DNA from: an uncultured virus (IMG/VR IMGVR_UViG_3300006738_005066)
Taxonomy: Duplodnaviria > Heunggongvirae > Uroviricota > Caudoviricetes
IMG/VR virus record: IMGVR_UViG_3300006738_005066
Direction: 5' to 3' (one strand)
Length of the DNA: 64,000 nt
Of this stretch, positions 18,088 through 28,444 are shown one piece after another (within the stretch, counting starts at the first letter, position 1; every line of letters begins with the position of its first letter). Both the position numbers and the translations under genes were made by a program. A model generated the notes under the pieces. It was not told the origin of the DNA and ran no database searches. It saw only the letters and a program-made list of their open reading frames with translations.

Positions 18088-18939
18088 ATGAGTAAAAGAT
18101 GTTCTGTTTTGTCCGTGGATTCAAATCCGGATTACTTATTTTTTGTGCCAATTACATGCGCATTCTGGAAAAAACTAGAATACGATCCGTATGTAATTTT
18201 AGTTGAAAAAGAAATCTCCGAAGACATAAAGAGGTTGGTGCTAGAGACCACAGAGGCTGTTAAGGCCAACGCACACTTTAATTTTTTTGATCACATAGAC
18301 GGGTACCGCACCTGCAATGTTGCACAAGTATCTCGTTTATATGCAGCTGCTGATGAATTTTTTGCCGACGATGATTATTTGATAACCGATGACATGGACA
18401 AATTTGTGGTTAATTACATGTGGTTCAACCAGCAAAACCCGACAAAGGACATTCACATCTTCGATCCCGACGAACTCAATTATACCCGTTTAAAGATTGG
18501 CAACATCGGCATGAATGCTTCTGTGTGGAAAGAGATTATCGGGATCGAACCAACGAGCGTACGAGATAACGTTGTGAAATGCTTTGATAAGCATCTGGCT
18601 AAGGATTCGAGCTGGGATACCGGTTGGAACCTAGACGAGTGGATTCTCACGAAGCGTGTATTTGATAGCCCGTACTACCCAGATCAATGTCAGATGTGCG
18701 AGCGAGGCGCAAACAAATACGGATTGCGCACAGGGCGCATCGACCGGACAGCATGGCCGCAAACGTTTTCTCAGTACATCAATTTTGGACTAATCGACGT
18801 ACACTTACATCGCGATCCTTATGAAGATAAAATCTGGGAAGACACCAAGATAATTATGAAGCAGGTATTTACGGATGCCGAAATCGAGATTTTCCAAGAT
18901 TACAAAGAAAAATTTGTAGAACTTATAGAAAAGAAGTAG
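18088..18939 (+). CDS. hypothetical protein, possible GT-A glycosyltransferase
   Basis: ITDDMD (DxD-like) and WNLDEW motifs; within the glycan locus. Confidence 0.5.
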   Translation: MSKRCSVLSVDSNPDYLFFVPITCAFWKKLEYDPYVILVEKEISEDIKRLVLETTEAVKANAHFNFFDHIDGYRTCNVAQVSRLYAAADEFFADDDYLITDDMDKFVVNYMWFNQQNPTKDIHIFDPDELNYTRLKIGNIGMNASVWKEIIGIEPTSVRDNVVKCFDKHLAKDSSWDTGWNLDEWILTKRVFDSPYYPDQCQMCERGANKYGLRTGRIDRTAWPQTFSQYINFGLIDVHLHRDPYEDKIWEDTKIIMKQVFTDAEIEIFQDYKEKFVELIEKK

Positions 18940-19731
18940 ATGGAAAACTTTTTCGCCCATGACATTGGTATGTCGGAGTACATTACGGGCAATAGGTTTA
19001 TTGACATCTGCAACCAAGGTACTGCAACCTTTTATAAAACAGACTTTTTGCCCCTTTTTAAAGACGCATCGCACGATGTCATGGTCACTCATAACAGCGA
19101 TTATCACATCAATAACGAACGCTTTGAAAACTCCCCCACTGCACGACGCTGGTACGCCCAAAACAAAGATTATGAAAGCGATAGTATTACGGCCATTCCG
19201 ATTGGCTTGGAAAACATGAAATTACGAGTGGATGGCCATGGCCGCCAAGGTACATTTTCCTCGGAGGTCAAGGGCGCCCTGACAAAGGCCATGACCATCG
19301 ATAGGGTCAATAGTTATGATCTAAACAAAAGAAGCCTTGTTTACATGAATTTCAGCACCAATACATTTCCAGCAGAGCGCGCCCCCTTGTGGGAGAAGTT
19401 TAAAGAGGAAAAGTGGGTAACTAATTCCGGCGGTATTTCATTATCTGAGTTTTATTTTGAAATAGCGCAGCATAAGTTTGTTTTCTCTCCCCGCGGCAAC
19501 GGCGTAGATTGCCATCGTACCTGGGAAGCGCTTTATCTCCGCACTATTCCCATAGTGCGTTGCAGTACCCATATGAATGAATTCGCCGAGTTGCCCATTT
19601 TGTTCGTTAATGATTGGGATGAAATAAGTTATAATTATCTTAATGCCAAATACGATGAGTTTAGAGAACGCCTCTTTGATCTGTCTAAAATGAAGATTTC
19701 GTACTGGAGAGAGAGAATTAATAATGAGTAA
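18940..19731 (+). CDS. exostosin-like (GT47) glycosyltransferase
   Basis: FVFSPRGNGVDCHRTWEALYLRTIPIV. Confidence 0.75.
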   Translation: MENFFAHDIGMSEYITGNRFIDICNQGTATFYKTDFLPLFKDASHDVMVTHNSDYHINNERFENSPTARRWYAQNKDYESDSITAIPIGLENMKLRVDGHGRQGTFSSEVKGALTKAMTIDRVNSYDLNKRSLVYMNFSTNTFPAERAPLWEKFKEEKWVTNSGGISLSEFYFEIAQHKFVFSPRGNGVDCHRTWEALYLRTIPIVRCSTHMNEFAELPILFVNDWDEISYNYLNAKYDEFRERLFDLSKMKISYWRERINNE

Positions 19732-20473
19732 AATGTTTGTAATTTCTACGGGCCGCAACCCCAATCATTATTTGTATAAGTGTGTTTTTTCGGTACAACA
19801 GCAATTAGTGCAGCCGACTGAACATATTGTAATTGATGATTTAAGCGACGACGAGACGAGTGAAATTTTAGATAAACTTCCCGATTATGAGAATTTAACT
19901 ATTGTTCGCAACACCGATCGCAAGTTCAGGTTGAAAAACATTTATGATCACGCCATTGATAAGGATCCTGAAGACATTATTTGTATTTTGGATAGCGATG
20001 ATTGGCTGACGGATGTTAGTGTTTTGGCAACGATCAAGCAGGCTTATGAGTCTAACCCATCGCTGGAGTACATTTATTCCCAATACATCTTATCACATGG
20101 CGAAATGGGATGCAGCCGTCCTATTCCATCACCCGATTGGGATCCGTATACGGGCGAGTGGATAACGAGTCACATGTGTACGTTTAAAGTTAAAGCAATA
20201 AAAGACATTCCCGTAAGTAATTTTCTTGACTGGAATGGCGAATGGTTTCAAATTGCCACCGATCATGCGTTGATACTTCCCGTTATTCACCGCCTTAAAG
20301 AAAAAGACTCAGGCCTATCGGCAATCGGATTCATTTCGCGCCCTCTGTATGTGCACACGTTTTATGGGAACCCCTCGAAACCACGCTCAGGAACTCCTGA
20401 AGCAGATGCGAGGGCGTCACTAGCGGTCCGGTGTTCTACTTTTATTAAGCAACGCGGGTTTGTAGAAGAATGA
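19724..20473 (+). CDS. glycosyltransferase family 2
   Basis: VIDDLSDD and LDSDDWL motifs. Confidence 0.8.
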   Translation: MSKMFVISTGRNPNHYLYKCVFSVQQQLVQPTEHIVIDDLSDDETSEILDKLPDYENLTIVRNTDRKFRLKNIYDHAIDKDPEDIICILDSDDWLTDVSVLATIKQAYESNPSLEYIYSQYILSHGEMGCSRPIPSPDWDPYTGEWITSHMCTFKVKAIKDIPVSNFLDWNGEWFQIATDHALILPVIHRLKEKDSGLSAIGFISRPLYVHTFYGNPSKPRSGTPEADARASLAVRCSTFIKQRGFVEE

Positions 20474-20877
20474 AAGCACTTTATTCACTAGTAGAGGATG
20501 GAAAACTCCTTCATCTCATTCTTAGGAGTGATGACGTAGTTACGGAACGGTTAAACGTTGTGGCTGACGAGGAATATTTGCAACTGGCCGCCATGCTTTT
20601 ACAAAAGGGAAAGACATTCAAGCCCCATAAGCATGTTTTTTGTAAGAAAGAGACAGAAATAGCCCAAGAATCTTGGGTAGTTGTTCGCGGCAAGGTTAAG
20701 GCAATTCTATACGATCTTGATGATAAAATTTTATCGGAAGAAATTCTGAATGCAGGAGACTGTAGTATTACTTTATACGGCGGCCATACTTATGAGATCA
20801 TGGAAGATGATACGTTGGTCTATGAATATAAGACGGGCCCATACCTGGGAGTTGAATTGGATAAGGAATTCATTTGA
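20470..20877 (+). CDS. cupin (WbuC-like) sugar-modifying protein
   Basis: PHKH...QESW...GGH...EYKTGPY. Confidence 0.7.
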   Translation: MKALYSLVEDGKLLHLILRSDDVVTERLNVVADEEYLQLAAMLLQKGKTFKPHKHVFCKKETEIAQESWVVVRGKVKAILYDLDDKILSEEILNAGDCSITLYGGHTYEIMEDDTLVYEYKTGPYLGVELDKEFI

Positions 20878-20880
20878 TAA

Positions 20881-21687
20881 ATGCACCCTCCAGCTGGTAA
20901 TGTTGAGAAGGAGGTGTTGCTTCTAGCTTACCCTCGCAGCGGCAGTAACTGGTTGCGGTACATTTTAGAGTTTATTTATTGTAAGCCGACGAGTAGCTGG
21001 GAGGAGCGCTTACACCCGCGCGACGGCAGCGGAAATGGTAATACACCAATTTTTGACACTACCGGCAAACCTCGCACCCGGCCCCCGTATGATCCCCCGC
21101 GCATCGAAGCCGCTCACTATGAAAAAGAAGATCGTACGCTCCCCCATGTCTATCATGAGCATAATGTGGCATCGATCGAGGACCCAGAGCGCCTTCCCTT
21201 AATTGTGTTAGTGAGAAATTATAAAGAATGTATTCTGCGTCACACAGCACCGTCGCCTAAAAATCGGTTTCTTTTAAAAGTCAAAGATTATTGGGAAGAT
21301 TATTATAGGAGTCTTAAATTTTATGATAAACATCCTGGACCAAAGCTGCTATTCTATTATGAAGATCTCATAGATGATAAAAAATTAGTAGATGTACTTC
21401 ACGAGCTAAATGAGTTTATGTCGTCAAGTCCGCCTTGTTATGAAGAACTGCTGCAGCGATTTATAGAAAAATTACAGATCCATCGTGAGCAGTCTTTAGA
21501 GTTTTATAATGCAGTGGCCCAAGTGGGAGGATCCCATAGTGATAGTAAGTCGAGCATTTTTCATTCACGACAGTTTGAGCTTCACAAGAAGCAAGATGTA
21601 GATAATCATTTTGAATCAGTTGAACCGGAATTGTATAAAAAATTTTTAAAGAGATATAAAGAAGGAGATACTGATGACAAAAATTAA
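20881..21687 (+). CDS. sulfotransferase family protein
   Basis: 5'-PSB YPRSGSNW, 3'-PB-like VRNYKECI, YYEDL. Confidence 0.75.
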   Translation: MHPPAGNVEKEVLLLAYPRSGSNWLRYILEFIYCKPTSSWEERLHPRDGSGNGNTPIFDTTGKPRTRPPYDPPRIEAAHYEKEDRTLPHVYHEHNVASIEDPERLPLIVLVRNYKECILRHTAPSPKNRFLLKVKDYWEDYYRSLKFYDKHPGPKLLFYYEDLIDDKKLVDVLHELNEFMSSSPPCYEELLQRFIEKLQIHREQSLEFYNAVAQVGGSHSDSKSSIFHSRQFELHKKQDVDNHFESVEPELYKKFLKRYKEGDTDDKN

Positions 21688-22231
21688 CATGGGTTGTGGC
21701 TGGAGAAATTTTGGTGATGATTGGGTTCACATCGATGGCGGCAATTATGATCATCTCGATCACCATAGTATTACTGAATTAACTTTTGAAGATGGCACTG
21801 TCGACCTGATTTATGCTTCGCATGTGCTTGAATATTTTGATCGTACCGAAGTCTTGGAGCTGCTTAGTGAGTGGCACCGAGTGTTGGCCCCCGGCGCCAC
21901 CTTGCGATTGGCAGTTCCAGATTTTGAGGCTATGGCACGTCTATACTGTTATGATTTTCATAATTTGGAAACTTTTTTGGGACCACTCTATGGAAAGATG
22001 GAGATGAAAGACAAAACGGTTTATCATAAAACAGTTTATGATTTTCGGAGCCTTCAGGGGTTGTTAGAGTTTATGAATTTTGAAGATGTTAAAAAGTACG
22101 ACTGGAGAGAGACAGAACACTCTGAGTTTGATGATCATTCACAGGCCTATGTACCTCACATGGATAAGGAGAACGGGATGTTGATAAGTTTAAATGTAGA
22201 ATGTAAGAAGGGCGCGCCGACAAATGACTGA
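21674..22231 (+). CDS. class I SAM-dependent methyltransferase
   Basis: INMGCG, IYASHVLEY, RVLAPGATLRLAVPD. Confidence 0.85.
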   Translation: MTKINMGCGWRNFGDDWVHIDGGNYDHLDHHSITELTFEDGTVDLIYASHVLEYFDRTEVLELLSEWHRVLAPGATLRLAVPDFEAMARLYCYDFHNLETFLGPLYGKMEMKDKTVYHKTVYDFRSLQGLLEFMNFEDVKKYDWRETEHSEFDDHSQAYVPHMDKENGMLISLNVECKKGAPTND

Positions 22232-23843
22232 AATAGTTGCAGGATTCCATTCTGGCCATGATTGTTCGTTCGCGATTCTAGTAGATGGCCGGCCATTGGT
22301 GCATGCCGAACTGGAGAGGTATTTGCGCCTCAAGGAACCTATTGACGATGCCCTCAAGTTTTTGTTTGAAAAATACGATGACTCGGGCCAAATCAAGCAT
22401 TTTACCACGGGGATAGATCTGTGGCAAGGAGGCACCGAGAGACGCTATCCTGATACGTGGAACAAGGCGTTGACACTTAGTGCCAAAAATGGAGGAAAAT
22501 TTGCCGTTATAGGCCATCACCAAAGCCACGCTGCTAATGCGTTTTTTTCAAGTAATTTTGACGAAGCGCTCATCATTACAGTTGACGGCGGTGGGGAAGA
22601 GGTAGACGTCTTCGGCGATCACAAGGTGGTAGCTGCACATGTGACAGCGTGGGTCGGTAATGATAGGGAAATAAAGGTCGTAGATATAATCTCAGATGAT
22701 GGGGTACACCAGGCGCCCAACATAGGTGGCTTTTGGTCTCGCTGCACTGAAAACATTTTTGGTTTATCGGCCGGTTACCCCCACGGACATCAAGCCGGCA
22801 CTATTATGGGCATGGCGGCCTTGGGAGATCCCGAGAAATACTATAAGGACTTTGCAAATTATTTGGAAAAAGGGGTGGCTTTAAATTATGCATATTATAA
22901 AGAATTAGCCGATAACTCAGAACAGGAGCAATTTGACATCGCGGCGGCTCTTCAAAGGGCTACTGAAGTTCGTTTTCGGGCTGTATTGGAAAAGTATCAT
23001 GCAGTATACCCATCTAAGAACTTGTGTCTATCGGGCGGCGTTTCGTTAAATTGTGTAATGGTGGGCAAAATTTATGAGTGGTTCGAAGGTCGCATAGAAA
23101 AGGTTTATATCGACCCGGTTCCTTATGATGCTGGTATAGCTCTAGGATCCGCGCGCTTTCTGTGGCATTCTATGCTGGGGAATCCTAGAATTGAGTGGAA
23201 AGACAATTCGTCTTCATATCTAGGGTTTACATACGGCGCCGAGAAGATCGATGAAGCTTTAGAGCTTTTTAAGGACAGGGTGGTGGTGAAAACTGTGGAC
23301 GACAACGAGGTTGTACGCCTGCTAACAGAGAAGAAGATAATTTCAGTATTCGGAGGCGGCTCAGAGTCGGGCCGCCGAGCCCTTGGTAATCGCAGTATCC
23401 TAGCGGACCCCCGGCACGCAGACACCAAAGACATTGTAAACAGTCGTGTTAAGCACAGGCAGTGGTTTCGCCCTTTTGCGCCCTCAATTCTCAGAGAAGA
23501 GGTAGCAAACTGGTTCGAACGAGACGTAGATAGCCCTTACATGGCTGTTGCAATTTCATTCAAAGAAGAAAAGAAAAGTGAAGTTCCGGCAGTTGTTCAT
23601 TTTGATGGCACCGCTCGCCTTCAGACAGTTACAGAGAATGATAATTTTTGGTACTATAATTTTATTAAGAAATTTGGTGAGAAGACCGGGGTGCCAATCG
23701 TTCTTAATACTAGCTTTAACGACAGGGAGCCTATTGTGGAGATACCAGAAGATGCTTTAAAGTGTTTTTTGGGTACCCAAATTGATTACCTGTATTTTTT
23801 TGATGTAGGTCTTTTGGTCGAACGAAAAATAGAGGAGATGTAA
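22224..23843 (+). CDS. carbamoyltransferase (NodU/CmcH/TobZ family)
   Basis: GHD, ELER, HHQSHAA, VDGGGE, SGGVSLN, GRRALGNRSILADP, FRPFAPS, NTSFN. Confidence 0.93.
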   Translation: MTEIVAGFHSGHDCSFAILVDGRPLVHAELERYLRLKEPIDDALKFLFEKYDDSGQIKHFTTGIDLWQGGTERRYPDTWNKALTLSAKNGGKFAVIGHHQSHAANAFFSSNFDEALIITVDGGGEEVDVFGDHKVVAAHVTAWVGNDREIKVVDIISDDGVHQAPNIGGFWSRCTENIFGLSAGYPHGHQAGTIMGMAALGDPEKYYKDFANYLEKGVALNYAYYKELADNSEQEQFDIAAALQRATEVRFRAVLEKYHAVYPSKNLCLSGGVSLNCVMVGKIYEWFEGRIEKVYIDPVPYDAGIALGSARFLWHSMLGNPRIEWKDNSSSYLGFTYGAEKIDEALELFKDRVVVKTVDDNEVVRLLTEKKIISVFGGGSESGRRALGNRSILADPRHADTKDIVNSRVKHRQWFRPFAPSILREEVANWFERDVDSPYMAVAISFKEEKKSEVPAVVHFDGTARLQTVTENDNFWYYNFIKKFGEKTGVPIVLNTSFNDREPIVEIPEDALKCFLGTQIDYLYFFDVGLLVERKIEEM

Positions 23844-23848
23844 TAACA

Positions 23849-24712
23849 GTGATTAACATCGTCGGGTATTCTACGTGGTACTCTGAGCGACCCTGGTGCA
23901 GAGGCCTCGCTCCATCGCGCGCTTTTCAGGTCACTTTCGACCAACAAGAGAATAATGATATAACATACTTTATTCGTGATGGAATCTATCAAGTAGACGA
24001 AATAGACTCGCGAGTCAAGGTGGCTCTCCTAACGGAATGCCGCCCTTTTGACATCCAAGATCGGTATGGTTTTGTATCCCGAAACGAACATAAATTTGAC
24101 CATATTATCACATATGATGATAAATTGATCGCTGAATTTCCAGACAAAACACATCCGACTCCAGAGGGTGGAACTTGGGTCTGGCCAGCAGAAAAGCAGC
24201 GTTTATACAATAAAACTAAATTATGCTCTTATATGGTATCGATCAAACAAACCACACAAGAGCAAAAGATGAGAGTGGATCTCTTAAAATTGTTCTATAA
24301 GTTTAAAGATCAGTTTTCAGGTGTCGACTTGTATGGCAGGGGACATAATCCCTTCCCCGAAGACCATGATAACACTTTTGATGGAAAGGTTGAAATTCTA
24401 AAAGACTATGCTTTTTCCATTGCATTAGAAAACTGGATCCAGGACAATTATTTTTCTGAAAAAATTATGGACTGTTTTATGGTCGGAACAGTTCCAATTT
24501 ATATGGGCGCACGTAAGATTGGGGACTATTTTAATAGTGACGGCATAATTATTGTCAACTCAATCGAAGAGGTTTTAAAAGAAGTTGACAGCTTGTCATT
24601 TGAAAGGTATAATAAAATGATGAAAGCGATCAGAGAAAATTTTGAGATTGCCAAAAATCACTATGACACGGTATCTTATTCATACGATACGTGCATAAAG
24701 GGGGCAGAATGA
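23849..24712 (+). CDS. GT10 (alpha-1,3/4-fucosyltransferase-like) glycosyltransferase
   Basis: YAFSIALEN..DNYFSEKIMDCF..GTVPIYMG. Confidence 0.8.
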   Translation: MINIVGYSTWYSERPWCRGLAPSRAFQVTFDQQENNDITYFIRDGIYQVDEIDSRVKVALLTECRPFDIQDRYGFVSRNEHKFDHIITYDDKLIAEFPDKTHPTPEGGTWVWPAEKQRLYNKTKLCSYMVSIKQTTQEQKMRVDLLKLFYKFKDQFSGVDLYGRGHNPFPEDHDNTFDGKVEILKDYAFSIALENWIQDNYFSEKIMDCFMVGTVPIYMGARKIGDYFNSDGIIIVNSIEEVLKEVDSLSFERYNKMMKAIRENFEIAKNHYDTVSYSYDTCIKGAE

Positions 24713-25524
24713 CCAAGAGGACTCTAGATGATTTCGTCGACAAGCATTTGGGTAAAAGAATTTTTATTTTAGGCACCGGCCCCACGCTGGAAGAGCTGAG
24801 CGAAAAGGACATTCTTCAGTTGGAAGAAAATGAAATTTCTATAACAGTAAATTTTTCCCACCTTAAGGTGCAGAATCCTACCTATTGGGTTTCCGGGGGC
24901 CACCCTGGTCAGGTTGCTTTTATGATGGAGCACCTGAGAGAAGAAACGGTGCCCTTTTTTCATCAAGGCCCGGGCGAACGTCGGCATTTCCCCGACGTTG
25001 AGCGTATTGTCCACACACACGATCAGACGGTCGGACCCAGAAAAAACCCTTTAACTCGAATTCCGGTTGATAACACACTTATAGGGGGTCACAATATCTT
25101 GCTCGCAGCGTCTCATTTGGCGTTTATAATGGGCGCATCTGAAATTGTTTACATAGGATTCGAGCAAATAAATCGATTACATTTTTATAACTTATGGGAC
25201 GAGGAAGCCCAATCAGACTTTAAGCTTAAGCTGAAAGCCCTAGCGGAAAAATACCACGATAATCCACAAATTGTGGGATGTGTTGCGGAGACTCTCAATG
25301 TAGATGAACCCGACGAGCAGCGCTGGTGCCATTTTAAGCCTCGCGAGGTTTGCGAGAATTTAACCTTTAAAAAAGAAGGAAAGGAGCACCACAATTATGC
25401 TCTGTTCCGGAACTATGTGGAGCAATTTCAAGGAGCCGGGATTAAGACATACACCACCGCTACGGAGGGGATAGCAGTAGATGCTGGGTGTGAAGTGGTA
25501 ACTTTAGAATATTTGTTCTCATGA
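24709..25524 (+). CDS. DUF115/Maf-like (sialyltransferase-fold) protein
   Basis: IFILGTGPTL, ITVN, HLAFIMGASEIVYIGFE. Confidence 0.65.
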   Translation: MTKRTLDDFVDKHLGKRIFILGTGPTLEELSEKDILQLEENEISITVNFSHLKVQNPTYWVSGGHPGQVAFMMEHLREETVPFFHQGPGERRHFPDVERIVHTHDQTVGPRKNPLTRIPVDNTLIGGHNILLAASHLAFIMGASEIVYIGFEQINRLHFYNLWDEEAQSDFKLKLKALAEKYHDNPQIVGCVAETLNVDEPDEQRWCHFKPREVCENLTFKKEGKEHHNYALFRNYVEQFQGAGIKTYTTATEGIAVDAGCEVVTLEYLFS

Positions 25525-26195
25525 ACACATTGATAGACAACAAAGAGAGGGCCTGGATCCTTATTCCGGCGCGCAAAGGATCGAAAGGGTTCCCTAATAA
25601 AAATCGCACTCTTTTTCCTTATACCGCCGAGACAATTCCTTTGGCTTTGAAAAATAGGGTTTATGTTTCAACAGATGATGAGAACATAGTTGAACAAGCC
25701 GAGAACGCTGGTTTTAATGTAGTCCATCGCCCGGCCGAATTAGGTCGCGACGAAACTTCAATTCGCGATGTTTTGGTTCACTTTAAAGATGAATGCGAAG
25801 TTCCCGACGGAGACGACATATTAATGCTTTATTTGACATTCCCAGATAGAACGATTGAGAAGGTAGAAGAAATATACGAATTTTATCTAAATCAAGGTGC
25901 TAAGTCGGCACTATGCAAAACCGACTTGGTGACCCACCCATACTTGTGTTTTCATGAGCATGATGATTTTAAGGGTACTCCTGTGGTGTCTCATGATTTA
26001 TACCGCCGGCAAGATTATCCCAAGTGCTTTTTGGTTCAGCATTATGTGGCCCTCACTAAAGCTCATGAGCTTAAAAATTTGAATCGCAATTTGTATAATG
26101 AGAATACAGTCTATTATAAAATCAACGAAACGCCCGACATCGATGAGCGCGCTCATTACGATAAATTTTTAGAAGAACACGATGAAAAAGTATAG
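25521..26195 (+). CDS. neuA: acylneuraminate (nonulosonate) cytidylyltransferase
   Basis: LIPARKGSKGFPNKN, VSTD, RPAEL, DID. Confidence 0.88.
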   Translation: MNTLIDNKERAWILIPARKGSKGFPNKNRTLFPYTAETIPLALKNRVYVSTDDENIVEQAENAGFNVVHRPAELGRDETSIRDVLVHFKDECEVPDGDDILMLYLTFPDRTIEKVEEIYEFYLNQGAKSALCKTDLVTHPYLCFHEHDDFKGTPVVSHDLYRRQDYPKCFLVQHYVALTKAHELKNLNRNLYNENTVYYKINETPDIDERAHYDKFLEEHDEKV

Positions 26196-27222
26196 TAAAT
26201 CTTTTGCCGACATTTTGAAGATAAAAACTTCTTTTTTTGAGCAGAATGATTCCAAGAAAAAACATTTAGAAGAAATCAATAAAGTGTATGTGGCGCAGCC
26301 TCGCCGGCAGACTTGTAAGACTTGTGAGGCTCCAATTGGGGCGCCTGATTGGAAAAGCTTTGGGGTACCTTATTCGATTTGTGAAACGTGTGGTCATCTC
26401 AATGGACACCACCAGGACACGCAAGGCTTTGCGGAATACCTTTATGGTAATGACGAGAATGGCTATCATACCAATTATACTGAGGATCCGGAAGCTTTTT
26501 GGCAACGAGTGCAAAAAATACATACCCCAAAAATTCAATTTTTACAAGAGATCCTGGCCGCAGACGGCGTTCCAACATTTGACATTACGGATTTGGGCTC
26601 CGGAGCAGGGCACTTTATTGCCGCAGCAGAGCTAGCAGGCATTAAAGCCCATGGTTTCGAAGTTTCGGCCGCAATGGTGAAAGAGGGAAATCGCCATTTA
26701 AAGGAGCTAGAACTTACACAAATCTCTATGAATGAGATCTATGACTTGGCAGCTGCCAGTTCTACAACGGTTTTGACGTTAATGGGAGTCTTAGAGCATC
26801 TAAATAACCCGGGCCAGCTGATCGATGCTTTCAATTCTTCCCACGCAACATACCTGTACATCAATGTGCCTCTCTTTTCCTTGAATGCTTTCATAGAACA
26901 TGTATTTCCAGATGTAATGCCGCGCCAGCTTTCTGGAGGCCACACTCATTTATACACGGAAAAATCCTTAAAATGGTTAGCCAAAGAAAAAAACCTTGAA
27001 GAAGTTGGCACCTGGTGGTTCGGCACCGATGCGATGGATTTATATCGCTCTATGTTGGTCACCCTGCAAAAGAGTGACGTCAGCGAGAAGGCACAAAACA
27101 TCTTCAAGGAATCATTTCAGGGCCTTATAGACGATTTACAGCACCAAATAGATGTTACTAGGAAATGTTCCGAGGTACACATTGTATTCAAAAAGAAAGA
27201 GAATAATACTAATGACTTTTAA
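26182..27222 (+). CDS. SAM-dependent methyltransferase with N-terminal Zn-binding region
   Basis: CKTC...CETC, DLGSGAG, VLEH. Confidence 0.8.
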   Translation: MKKYSKSFADILKIKTSFFEQNDSKKKHLEEINKVYVAQPRRQTCKTCEAPIGAPDWKSFGVPYSICETCGHLNGHHQDTQGFAEYLYGNDENGYHTNYTEDPEAFWQRVQKIHTPKIQFLQEILAADGVPTFDITDLGSGAGHFIAAAELAGIKAHGFEVSAAMVKEGNRHLKELELTQISMNEIYDLAAASSTTVLTLMGVLEHLNNPGQLIDAFNSSHATYLYINVPLFSLNAFIEHVFPDVMPRQLSGGHTHLYTEKSLKWLAKEKNLEEVGTWWFGTDAMDLYRSMLVTLQKSDVSEKAQNIFKESFQGLIDDLQHQIDVTRKCSEVHIVFKKKENNTNDF

Positions 27223-28096
27223 TCCATATGAAGACACTTTAAATTTGCCATTTTTTATCGCAGAGATTGGAATCAATCATAATGGCGATCTAGAGACTTG
27301 CAAGAAGTTGATAGATTTAGCGGCTGATGCGGGATGTGATGCCGTCAAGTTTCAGAAGCGCGAGATTGACACTGTATATACGCCAGAGTATTTGGCGTCC
27401 CATCGGCAGAGTCCGTGGGGAACAACCCAGCGCGCCCAAAAAGAAGGCCTCGAATTTGGCAAAGCAGAATATGATGAAATTGATAGATATTGTAAAGAGA
27501 GGGGAATTTTATGGAGTGCATCCGCCTGGGATGTCGAGAGTCAGAAGTTTCTACAGCTTTACAACCTGCCTTTTAATAAGGTGGCATCAGCAATGCTTAC
27601 ACATACGGAGTTATTGCAAATTATTGCGTCTGAAAAGAAGCATACGTTTATCTCAACAGGAATGTCAACCACACAAGACATTGATAATGTGATAGAGATT
27701 TTTGAAGCTGCAGAATGCCCTTTTACTCTCTTTCATTGTGTTTCTACTTATCCTTGCAAAGATGAGGATTGCAACATAAATTTGATTAAGACTTTGCGGG
27801 ATAATTACGATGTACCAATTGGCTATAGTGGCCATGAAAGCGGCATTCTTCCTTCTTTACTGGCTGTTGCTATGGGTGCTTGCGCACTAGAGAGACACAT
27901 CACTTTAGATAAAACGATGTATGGTTCCGACCAATCGGCTTCGATCGAGAAAGATGCATTGGTGCGACTGATTCAGGAATCTCGCAAGGTTACAAACACT
28001 TTGGGAACTGGGCAGAAGGAATTTTTGCAACATGAAGTTCCGGTTGCAAAGAAACTGAGATATTTTGAGGGGGGCAAGAAGGTTGCCGGCAACTAA
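27212..28096 (+). CDS. neuB: N-acetylneuraminate/nonulosonate(-9-P) synthase without C-terminal SAF domain
   Basis: AEIGINHNGD, DAVKFQKR, STGMS, HCVSTYP, GYSGHE, ERHITLD, GSDQSAS. Confidence 0.92.
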   Translation: MTFNPYEDTLNLPFFIAEIGINHNGDLETCKKLIDLAADAGCDAVKFQKREIDTVYTPEYLASHRQSPWGTTQRAQKEGLEFGKAEYDEIDRYCKERGILWSASAWDVESQKFLQLYNLPFNKVASAMLTHTELLQIIASEKKHTFISTGMSTTQDIDNVIEIFEAAECPFTLFHCVSTYPCKDEDCNINLIKTLRDNYDVPIGYSGHESGILPSLLAVAMGACALERHITLDKTMYGSDQSASIEKDALVRLIQESRKVTNTLGTGQKEFLQHEVPVAKKLRYFEGGKKVAGN

Positions 28097-28439
28097 AATT
28101 AAAATTGTTCCCAAGGGCTGGGGACACGAGAAGTGGATTGTTAACAAAGAAGAATACTGTGGCAAACTTTTATTTTTTGATGAAGGAAAGCGCTGTTCGT
28201 GGCATTATCATAAAATAAAAGATGAGGTATTCTACTTACAGTCAGGAAAGATGATTGTTAAGTATTCGATGTCTGACAACATCGAAGAAGCTGTTGAATT
28301 AGAACTGCATGCGGGTGAATCGTTTCATGTGCCAATTGGCCTGAGACACCAGATGATAGCTCTGGAAGAGTCAGAATTATTTGAGTTTTCTACTCAGCAT
28401 TTTGATGAAGATAGTCATCGCATTATTAAAGGAGACTAA
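28065..28439 (+). CDS. cupin, sugar-phosphate isomerase-like
   Basis: VPKGWGHE, CSWHYHKIKDE, H...EFST; start may be TTG 28083. Confidence 0.75.
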   Translation: MRGARRLPATKIKIVPKGWGHEKWIVNKEEYCGKLLFFDEGKRCSWHYHKIKDEVFYLQSGKMIVKYSMSDNIEEAVELELHAGESFHVPIGLRHQMIALEESELFEFSTQHFDEDSHRIIKGD

Positions 28440-28444
28440 TCAGC